Shown here: one piece after another, positions 1 to 7,295 of the stretch | Position numbering within the stretch: the stretch's first letter is position 1 | How the letters are laid out: each line of letters opens with the position of its first letter | Assembly: GCA_964010765.1 (NCBI GenBank) | Contig: CAXGMD010000040.1 | Location: 1-30,990, forward strand | DNA from: an uncultured bacterium | GTDB taxonomy: Bacteria; SAR324; NAC60-12 | Direction of reading: 5' to 3' | DNA length: 30,990 bases | Notes under the pieces: model-generated | What the model saw: only the letters and a program-made list of their open reading frames with translations | Told to the model about the DNA's origin: nothing | The model's database searches: none | Translations under genes and position numbers: made by a program

Positions 1-487
1 GAATGTCTGTGGCGAATGTAGGGAGTTGATTTTTGCGGGCAAGCTCAATCAACTTGAAGTAAAAACTCCATTCTTCATCTGAACGATGATCCCAACTTAG
101 AGCTTGGCGAAGAACTGACTCAGGATTGTGGTCGTTCGACTTCATGTTCATTATTGGTGCAGAGGGTTGGGTGAAATCCATCAACAAACTTGTCTGTCCA
201 GTTGTGAAAAATTCAAAACCTATCGAAGGGCGTTTCCCTTTGCTGATCAAGGCTTCAAGTATCTGTAATTGTATTTCATGTTGACGCGCGTTGTCATGCT
301 TTTCCCCTAGATAAATCACTTCTGCGCCAAGAAAATGCTCAATAAGTTCTTCCTGTTCGATAACTTTTCTGGACTGAATATTCCAAATTGTTTCCAAGAG
401 CGGATCTTCTGAGGCTTGACTAGAAGTAAGACCAAAAAGATAGAATATGAAACTGAAGAGGCAGAATTTGGGAACTAGTGAATTCAT
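1..487 (-). CDS. ChaN-family (haem-binding uptake-like) exported protein, 3' end truncated by window edge
   Basis: Not in the ORF track. Manual translation from ATG at 487 is open to the edge: MNSLVPKFCLFSFIFYLFGLTSSQASEDPLL...AEVIYLGEKHDNARQHEIQLQILEAL...IGFEFF. Hydrophobic signal-like N-terminus and GE-x-H-D-N..H..Q motif typical of ChaN. Confidence 0.75.
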   Translation of the reverse strand, partial: MNSLVPKFCLFSFIFYLFGLTSSQASEDPLLETIWNIQSRKVIEQEELIEHFLGAEVIYLGEKHDNARQHEIQLQILEALISKGKRPSIGFEFFTTGQTSLLMDFTQPSAPIMNMKSNDHNPESVLRQALSWDHRSDEEWSFYFKLIELARKNQLPTFATDI

Positions 488-543
488 GAATCGGGTTTCA
501 GATAAGGTTGAAAACGCAATTAAACTCAAAAAAAATCTTAAAA

Positions 544-1725
544 ATGTCTCAAGAAATCCCAATTGAAGATTTATCTCAAGGTCTTTCTGCTATTGAAGTC
601 AAAAGATATAGCAGACATCTCAGTCTTTCTGAAGTTGGGCCAGAAGGGCAGCAAAAGCTCAAGAAAAGTAAGATTCTGATCGTTGGTGCTGGAGGTCTGG
701 GATGCCCTGTAGGACTTTATTTGGCTGCAGCAGGTATAGGTCAATTGGGGATAATTGATCATGATGTCGTCGAAATTTCTAATCTGCAAAGGCAGATTGG
801 CTATTCCGAAAAAAATATTGGGTTACCGAAAACTAAATCTTTGGCTGAGACTTTAACCAATATTAACCCTCAATTGAGAGTGGAACAGATTTCGGAAAAG
901 TTGCAGCACAACAATGCTCTTCAAATTGTTCAAAGGTACGATGTCATCGTGGACTGTTCTGATAATTTCCCCACTCGATATTTGGTTAATGATGCGGCGT
1001 TCTTCGCCAACAAGCCTTTGGTCTCTGCATCAGTACACAAATTTCAGGGGCAACTCACTGTATTTTGGCACAAATCAAAGGGAGGGTGTTATCGTTGTCT
1101 CTACCCTGTAACTTTACCTGAATCAATGGCTCCTACCTGAACGGAATCAGGAGTCCTGGGCGTGCTCCCAGGCACAATGGGTCTACTGCAGTCAACTGAG
1201 GTGCTGAAGTTGGTTTTAGGGATTGGGAGTGAGATGGTAGGTCAACTTTTGCTGTATGATGCCTTGGAAGTAGATTTTCGAAAGATACATGTTCCCAAAG
1301 AGAAAACTTGCCAGCTTTGTGGCGTAAATCCAACAATCAAAGCATGGTCGGATGCTGGGGAAGTCCCTGTGATTGAGGAAGTTGGATCTGACGAGAGAAA
1401 AAATAATTCTGATCAAGTTTCTGCCCATTGGTTGAGTGATGCACTACGAATTGGGAAGCAAATCAGGTTGGTTGATGTTCGAGAGCCTCATGAATGGGAT
1501 ATTTGCCGATTGAAGGGAGCCGAGCATCATCCGGTAAGCAAAATTCAAACAGATAAATTTTCTAAAGACTTAAAGACAATAATCGTCTTCTATTGCCATA
1601 GAGGTGTTCGATCTGAGAGGACTTTAAGGATTTTCCAAGAACTTGGCTATGAAAATTGTCGAAGTCTAATTGGAGGCATTGACGCTTGGGCTGAAGCAAT
1701 TGAATCAGAAATGCCCCGCTACTGA
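544..1725 (+). CDS. moeB: MoeB/ThiF-family adenylyltransferase fused to C-terminal rhodanese (MoeZ/MoeBR/Uba4-like), probable selenoprotein (TGA 1138-1140 read as Sec, residue 199 of 393)
   Basis: ORFs 508-1140 and 1162-1725 share a frame. Read-through gives RYSRHL, GAGGLG, SNLQRQ, DCSDNFPTRYLVND, CYRC, MAPT(TGA)TESGVLGVLPG, CQLC, then rhodanese DVREPHEW...FYCHRGVRS...GGIDAW. ATG 544 preferred over TTG 508. Confidence 0.9.
1153..1175 (+). promoter_or_regulatory. Candidate bacterial SECIS hairpin
   Basis: Perfect GC-rich stem CCTGGG (1155-1160) / CCCAGG (1167-1172) with loop CGTGCT containing a GT. Extendable by GT/AC around a bulged C. Loop begins 20 nt after the in-frame TGA. Confidence 0.65.
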
Positions 1726-1739
1726 AGGATTCTTCAAGA

Positions 1740-2246
1740 CTATCTGTATGGAACATCCCAATGCGGCATCATAGGTTCTAAGCCGGCATTCAAACCATCA
1801 ATTTGCTCAATAATAGAAGTTAGTACCTCAGAAGCAAGCACACCATCTGGATAAACAAGCAACAACGGGAAATGTTCAGTTTGTCCAAAGTTCCTTTTGA
1901 TCTCCTTGTTGAGGCGATCGACTCTCAATAAATAGGATATGAAAACAGGGTTTTCCCCCTTTACTTCCCTGAGTAAATCCTCTAAGGCAATCCTTTCTTC
2001 TCTATTGGAGAAAAGGTTGTAATACTCTATATAGTCGCCAAGACATTTGATGTAGATAGGTTCTACATACTCTGGCGCACCAATCCATTCAAACTCAACC
2101 TGACGCTTTTCAATTATCTCATCGGGAGTAAAGCGGCTTATTATCAAAAAACTGATTGATAGGAATGCTAATACTCCCATTGTGCTCAGCAGAACACTGA
2201 GAAACGGAAAGAGTGGAACTGAAGGATTTGGTGCTCTCCTTCGCAT
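1740..2246 (-). CDS. Single-TM protein, probable ExbD/TolR-like partner of the upstream MotA/TolQ/ExbB protein
   Basis: Basic N-terminus MRRR, then PLFPFLSVLLSTMGVLAFL TM helix and a soluble domain. Start overlaps the upstream stop (TAATG). Confidence 0.55.
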   Translation of the reverse strand: MRRRAPNPSVPLFPFLSVLLSTMGVLAFLSISFLIISRFTPDEIIEKRQVEFEWIGAPEYVEPIYIKCLGDYIEYYNLFSNREERIALEDLLREVKGENPVFISYLLRVDRLNKEIKRNFGQTEHFPLLLVYPDGVLASEVLTSIIEQIDGLNAGLEPMMPHWDVPYR

Positions 2247-3496
2247 TATACTTCGGGTTTGTTGAGGCTGAAATCTCGCTGCTTCGAATCTGATGGTATT
2301 TCTGCAGATTTTTCAGAAATTTTTATTCCAAGTTCCATATCATTTGATGAAATCAGATCAATTTCAACTTCAGATGTTTCAACTTCAGATTCCAAGGCTT
2401 CTGGTAAATCTGATTCGTTATCAGGTTCTGAGGTTGATTTATGAATTATTTCATCACTATAATCTCTGAGCAGAGGTTGCATGCCCTGAATTTGAGCCTG
2501 AAGTACTTCTGAGTTTTCTGAAACTGAGGTCAAAACTGGGGCGATTCTTTTAAGCCAGTTTTCTGTGAAATCATTAAGTGTTGAAAGATGTTCATTCGTT
2601 CTATCTTTCAGTTCTTCATCACCAGGATTAACATGAAGATTTGGTAATAATTCATCTAAACAATACTCTTCAACTTTAAGCAGAAGATCCTCCTGACTTT
2701 TTCGCAGTAGAGAAGAAAGAAGCATAATTGGAATAACGCTTACAAGAGCCAGAAATGTGGTATTGAAAGCGATAGAGAGACCACTTGTTACCCCACCCAG
2801 AGCGGATCTCATCTGGCCACCAATTGCAGCTGTATCCATACTGCGAACAAAGGTTGAAAACTCTCCCACTGACTGCCCAATACCAAAGACAGTTCCTATG
2901 AATCCAAGAATGGGAATTGCCCAAATGAGGACATTGATTAGGGTATATCCGTTCTGAAGCCTGTTGAAATCGATTTCTGCTTGGTAATTCAAGATTTGAT
3001 GCAACTCTTCTTTTTTGGGAACAACCCTCAGATAGTGAAGAATTCTGCGGACTCTTATGAAAAGAACGCTTACTTGAAAGCGCTTGATCCGTTCTTTTGC
3101 TAGATAAGTTCCGATCTGCTCAATCCTACTATCAACATCTTTGACAAATATTCCCTCAGATAGGGAATCAGTTAATTCTTTCTGGCGAAAGGCTAAGTAA
3201 GTTTTGAGTTGGAGCCGATGATGTCTCCATTTGAAGAAAACCAGAAATATGGCCCAGCAACTCAGGCCGAAAATTAGTTCTGATATACGACCATCTAGAA
3301 GTTCATGAATGTAGTCGCTTTTGATCTGAGGAAGAGGAAAAACTAGATAGAAAACTGAGGTGAAAATTAGTGCAAGCACCAGTGATCTTAGAAGATCTAT
3401 CAGATCTGAGGAGGAGCGTTCGGCTAGATAAGTCCCACAAATTTGGCAGTAGATCGCTTCATCAGGGTTGTTCCGGGAACAATTCAAACATTTCAT
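2246..3496 (-). CDS. MotA/TolQ/ExbB proton-channel family protein with N-terminal zinc ribbon and acidic C-terminal tail
   Basis: CxxC-x10-CxxC N-terminus (CLNC...CQIC). Channel motifs WAIPILGFIGTVFGI and GLSIAFNTTFLAL. Confidence 0.85.
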   Translation of the reverse strand: MKCLNCSRNNPDEAIYCQICGTYLAERSSSDLIDLLRSLVLALIFTSVFYLVFPLPQIKSDYIHELLDGRISELIFGLSCWAIFLVFFKWRHHRLQLKTYLAFRQKELTDSLSEGIFVKDVDSRIEQIGTYLAKERIKRFQVSVLFIRVRRILHYLRVVPKKEELHQILNYQAEIDFNRLQNGYTLINVLIWAIPILGFIGTVFGIGQSVGEFSTFVRSMDTAAIGGQMRSALGGVTSGLSIAFNTTFLALVSVIPIMLLSSLLRKSQEDLLLKVEEYCLDELLPNLHVNPGDEELKDRTNEHLSTLNDFTENWLKRIAPVLTSVSENSEVLQAQIQGMQPLLRDYSDEIIHKSTSEPDNESDLPEALESEVETSEVEIDLISSNDMELGIKISEKSAEIPSDSKQRDFSLNKPEV

Positions 3497-3807
3497 CCAG
3501 TTCCTTTATTTTTCAATTGCTGCAGATATTCCTCCCATTCCAGTGGAAGTAAATAGCTTTTCTGGGTATTGCAGCTTTTGCAACTAGGAACGAGATTTGA
3601 CTTGGTGGTGAATCCTCCACGAGCTAGTGGAATAAGGTGGTCCATCGTTAACTCCTTTGCTGGAAAGGATTGCTCACAATAGTAGCATTTGTTTGATGCA
3701 CGACGATTTTTCCACCACTGTGATTTTCGAATTTCCTGAGCTTTTCTTCTTTCCTTTTGAATATGTTCTTCATCCGCAGGCTCAAACCAAATCTCTAATT
3801 TTTTCAA
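3493..3807 (-). CDS. Small HNH endonuclease-family protein
   Basis: CYYC...LTMDHLIPLARGG...NLVPSCKSCN. TTG start at 3807 overlaps the tolB stop and follows GGAGGGAGG; the track's longer start is 3837. Confidence 0.85.
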   Translation of the reverse strand: MKKLEIWFEPADEEHIQKERRKAQEIRKSQWWKNRRASNKCYYCEQSFPAKELTMDHLIPLARGGFTTKSNLVPSCKSCNTQKSYLLPLEWEEYLQQLKNKGTG

Positions 3808-5066
3808 GATCCTCCCTCCAAGACCCTTCGACTCCAAGAGGCCCCTGTCTCTTCAAATCCTCTAGGAGTAGTTGTCAGTCGCCTCACCCCTGTTCCGTCA
3901 ACAAACATCACATATAACTTAAAGGCACCGGTACGGTCTGCTGCAAAGACTATTTGTCGGCCATCCGGAGACCACGTTGGTTTTTCTGAGTCGTATCTTC
4001 CAAAGGTTAGCTGTTGGTAATCATCACCAAATGGATCCATCAGAAATATTTGATTTCTACCATTTATACTTCGAGAGAAGACAATGCGCGTACCATCCGG
4101 AGACCAGACGGGGTCACTATTGCTGTAGCCATCAAAAGTCAGGCGGTAAATCGATCCAGATTCCATATCTCTCATGTAAATCTGTTCTCTACCAGTTCGG
4201 TCAGAAACAAAAACAAGGTTTCGGTTATCAGGGGAAAGCGTAGGGGCTGTATCAATGCTGCTGTGCCGTGTGAGACGTTGGGTTTTGCCTGATTCGATAT
4301 CAATGTCGTAAAGATCTACATTGGCATTCACACTGATGGTTGCGACGACCCGGTTCCCATTGCTATACCAGGTACCACCACTCGTTACACCATCTTCACC
4401 TCTTCTAAGTTCATCCGCTTTATTGTTGAGCACATTGTGCATCCAGATGGTTGTACCTCTGTTTCCAACCGTTGTGTAAAGCAACTTGGTACTGTCAGGA
4501 GACCATCTGGGCAATAAACTGATATCCTTGTTGTTGGTCAGACTCCTCAACCCCATTCCATGAGTGTTCGTCAGTGCAATAATTTTTTTTCGACCAGGTT
4601 GTTTGAGAGTAAAAGCGATGGACGTCCCGAGGATCCCCTCCACTCCGGTCAATCTTTCGGTAATCTGGTTTACACCACGAATGATATCATCCTCACTAAT
4701 TTCATTTTCCTTGATCAGTAGCATCTCTCCCAATAAAACATTCCCTTGCAGATCTGCCACAGCGAATTCCAGCCCATTTTCACGTTGATTAAGCTGGATT
4801 TGCATTTCAGCTTCACGTTTGGCGTGACAATAATCATAAGTTGAATTTATAAGGGTAAAGACACCACTCCAGCAAAAGTTCCTCTCAATATTTCTGGCCC
4901 ATCTTTTCGCAAGAGTTGTATCGAGGTTTGGATCTACATTTAGCTCTGCAGAAAATCTGGAAAAGTCTATACCGCTGACGACGACTTCCTCACTGGAATA
5001 GGTCTGCGCAAGTGTCGGGGAGAGTGATCCCAAAAAGATTAGGATCGAAAACATCCAATGTTTCAT
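3804..5066 (-). CDS. tolB: TolB-like periplasmic beta-propeller protein
   Basis: Signal peptide, repeated PD40 motifs (PRWSPD, PTLSPD, PVWSPDG, PTWSPDG), FVSDRTG, adjacent to a tolA-like gene. Confidence 0.85.
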   Translation of the reverse strand: MKHWMFSILIFLGSLSPTLAQTYSSEEVVVSGIDFSRFSAELNVDPNLDTTLAKRWARNIERNFCWSGVFTLINSTYDYCHAKREAEMQIQLNQRENGLEFAVADLQGNVLLGEMLLIKENEISEDDIIRGVNQITERLTGVEGILGTSIAFTLKQPGRKKIIALTNTHGMGLRSLTNNKDISLLPRWSPDSTKLLYTTVGNRGTTIWMHNVLNNKADELRRGEDGVTSGGTWYSNGNRVVATISVNANVDLYDIDIESGKTQRLTRHSSIDTAPTLSPDNRNLVFVSDRTGREQIYMRDMESGSIYRLTFDGYSNSDPVWSPDGTRIVFSRSINGRNQIFLMDPFGDDYQQLTFGRYDSEKPTWSPDGRQIVFAADRTGAFKLYVMFVDGTGVRRLTTTPRGFEETGASWSRRVLEGGS

Positions 5067-5078
5067 CTCTTTCCTTCC

Positions 5079-6695
5079 TCAGGGTTGAATTCTGATAGTC
5101 ACGATGTAAGGTGGATTTTCACCTAATTTTTGGGGGAGTCTCGGAAACTTGATAGCCTTCATACCGGTCATCACAACCAAATCGAATTGTTTAGATCCGC
5201 TACTTTCCTTGATTCGGTAAGCACTCACTCTTCCATCCAATTCAATTTGGATCTCAATTGCAACTGAGAGTTTTTTGTCAAACTGTGGACCTGCATTGAT
5301 CTGTCCACGTAACTGCTCATAAAGCAAAGAATTGTACTGTCGCTCTACCAATCTGCGTTTGTTTTCTTGTTCCTTAAGTTTCCTTAATAGTAGTGTATCC
5401 TGAACTTGAATTCCTATGATTGCTGTTTCAGTGAGTGTGGGTGGTGGATTTTTTGGGTCAAAAATCGAAGGTTGATCCTTGACAGATGGTCCATTGGTGA
5501 CACCAGCAAATAAGTTGTCAGTCGGCGGTGCTGGAGGTGGCGGTGCTGGAGGTGGCGTATTTCTTAGCTTTTTTGGGTTCAGTTCAATTGCTTTAGGTCC
5601 ATCGTTGGGAGTGCCAGGCACAATAGCAGGTGGAATAGGACTTTCTTCAGGAGTAGGTAACTTGTTATTTGAATTTTTAGGTTCAGGTGGTAGATCCACA
5701 ACTTCTGGTTTAGTAGGCAGATTGGGTGTTGGCACTGTTAGATCCTGCGTAACCCGATCAGGCAAAATTGGCTTCTGATCACGTTCCAGTTTAGCTACTG
5801 ATTGGCGGAGCACAGGAATTTCTATCTCCTCAGGTTTAGCCCGGTATTCCGCAATAGGTGCAGTGACGGCACTGAAGTCACTTTGAGGTATCTCAATTTT
5901 GGAGGTGTCTCTTAAATCCTGTTCTAATCGAGGGCTAGTCAGTACTTGAGGTGAGTTTTGGTCTGCCAGATTGACTTTGAGTTCGGGTAATCTTTGATTT
6001 AATTCTGGGATTGATTGTTGAGTTTCTAAGCGTTTTTGCTGGGGGGCTTCAACCCTGGCTAGATTTGTTCTAGGTAGAGAATTAACGGGCTTTTTTGCAT
6101 TAATTCGAGGCAGCGAATCTTGTACGCTTTCTTTAACAATTGGAAGTTTTGGGGAGTCTATCTGACTTTTTGGTAATTTTAGCTTGGGAACTGAAATCTT
6201 CGGATCTGGCAGAGTCGGAACTTCTGATACTTTTTTGGGACGCTGTACCTTAACATCAGGAATTGCCGCAGTCTTGGAAATTTGTGGAGCACTCAACGAA
6301 GGTATTTTAGGTACATTGATTTTCGGCTCCAGGCTAGGTTTTTCAGGCTTTTGAGAGGTGATTGTTGGTACTTTGACTTCAGGTGCTAAAGGTATTGGGC
6401 GCTCAGTGATCGTTGGTCTTTCTGGTAAATCGTTGATCGACGTAGGGGGACGTGGTGGATCGAGGGGGTTCAGTGCAGCTTGTAAAGAAATCGGTTCAAT
6501 AGAAGGTGGCAAGATGGGTTTTGGGGGAGGTGGAGGTACTGCCCGAACCAGTTGAATACTAACACGCGCAGGTTCTTGTTTGGCTTTAGGCTTTTTTTCA
6601 AGTTGTTCTACCATCGCTAAGCCAAAAACTGCTGTTGCATGGGCGACACACATCAAAACAAACCAATTAGTGAAAGCTTTATCTGAATTTTCCAT
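5079..6695 (-). CDS. TolA/TonB-like energy transducer with long Pro-rich linker
   Basis: N-terminal TM helix containing His (CVAHATAV), long Pro/Lys-rich linker, C-terminal IEIQIELDGRV...ESSGSKQFD...FPRLP domain. Confidence 0.75.
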   Translation of the reverse strand: MENSDKAFTNWFVLMCVAHATAVFGLAMVEQLEKKPKAKQEPARVSIQLVRAVPPPPPKPILPPSIEPISLQAALNPLDPPRPPTSINDLPERPTITERPIPLAPEVKVPTITSQKPEKPSLEPKINVPKIPSLSAPQISKTAAIPDVKVQRPKKVSEVPTLPDPKISVPKLKLPKSQIDSPKLPIVKESVQDSLPRINAKKPVNSLPRTNLARVEAPQQKRLETQQSIPELNQRLPELKVNLADQNSPQVLTSPRLEQDLRDTSKIEIPQSDFSAVTAPIAEYRAKPEEIEIPVLRQSVAKLERDQKPILPDRVTQDLTVPTPNLPTKPEVVDLPPEPKNSNNKLPTPEESPIPPAIVPGTPNDGPKAIELNPKKLRNTPPPAPPPPAPPTDNLFAGVTNGPSVKDQPSIFDPKNPPPTLTETAIIGIQVQDTLLLRKLKEQENKRRLVERQYNSLLYEQLRGQINAGPQFDKKLSVAIEIQIELDGRVSAYRIKESSGSKQFDLVVMTGMKAIKFPRLPQKLGENPPYIVTIRIQP

Positions 6696-6885
6696 AAATT
6701 GTAATGATTAAAAAAGATAATTAAATATTTAATCAATAATTAATATTTTTTTCAAAAAATGATGCTTTATTTTGAAATTTTAAGTGAAAAACTAGATTTT
6801 ACTTTTTCAAAAATTCCTAGATAAAGAAGTACGTTCCTCTTAGGGGGCATCTGATTTGCAACCTACAACATTCTTGTTCAGATAG

Positions 6886-6900
6886 CAGTCACAGTGACTG
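6886..6900. promoter_or_regulatory. 15-bp inverted repeat, possible operator upstream of hup
   Basis: CAGTCAC-A-GTGACTG, ending 33 bp before the hup ATG in the tolA/hup divergent spacer. Confidence 0.35.
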
Positions 6901-6933
6901 TTTGACTCTTCAACACCACGATAGGATATCAAA

Positions 6934-7209
6934 ATGACTAAATCGGATTTGATCGATAAGATTGCAGAAAAAGCTGGACGTTCTAAATCAGATGCTGAGC
7001 AATTTTTGAATGCTACTCTTTCAACAATCCAGGATACTTTGAGTTCAGGTGAGTCAATTCCACTGGTAGGCTTCGGGACTTTCTCTGTTGCATCACGTGC
7101 AGCTAGAACAGGAAAAAATCCCCAGACTGGAGCGGCTATTCAAATTCCTGCTTCCAAGACAGTTAAATTTAAAGTTGGTAGCAAGCTCAAAGATGCCGTA
7201 AATAATTAA
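6934..7209 (+). CDS. hup: DNA-binding protein HU
   Basis: MTKSDLIDKIA...LVGFGTFSV..RAARTGKNPQTG..IQIPA..KFKVGSKLK. AGGA ribosome-binding site upstream. Confidence 0.97.
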   Translation: MTKSDLIDKIAEKAGRSKSDAEQFLNATLSTIQDTLSSGESIPLVGFGTFSVASRAARTGKNPQTGAAIQIPASKTVKFKVGSKLKDAVNN

Positions 7210-7220
7210 TCTGTATTGAG

Positions 7221-7247
7221 GAGGATCCCATCAGACTGGGATCCTTC
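7221..7247. terminator. Hairpin, probable (bidirectional) terminator between hup and mrcA
   Basis: AGGATCCCA-TCAGAC-TGGGATCCT perfect 9-bp stem between convergent genes. U-tract is weak. Confidence 0.6.
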
Positions 7248-7295
7248 ATTGCCAACCAGCATTGGTCAGGCTCCTGTCCAAAAAAAGCCCTTCCT

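Noticed and set aside
508..1725. Two separate genes or a moeB pseudogene, as the ORF track suggests
   Set aside because: Both parts share a frame, the only stop sits exactly on the conserved Cys, a hairpin follows it and there is no other decay. Sec recoding explains this better, though a point mutation or sequencing error cannot be fully excluded.
3493..3837. HNH as a homing endonuclease or mobile element
   Set aside because: No intron, intein, terminal repeats or transposase, and the gene is coupled to both neighbours.
3804..4520. Repeated sequence resembling an array
   Set aside because: These are protein-level PD40 (WSPD) repeats of TolB, not CRISPR or DNA repeats.
5479..6555. Gly-rich + strand ORFs 5479-5778 and 6358-6555
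   Set aside because: They are antisense shadows of the Pro codons in the tolA-like gene.
6696..6820. Palindrome ATTAAATATTTAAT (6720-6733) or a replication origin in the AT-rich spacer
   Set aside because: A/T-only palindromes are expected by chance here, and no DnaA-box cluster or origin-linked genes were seen.
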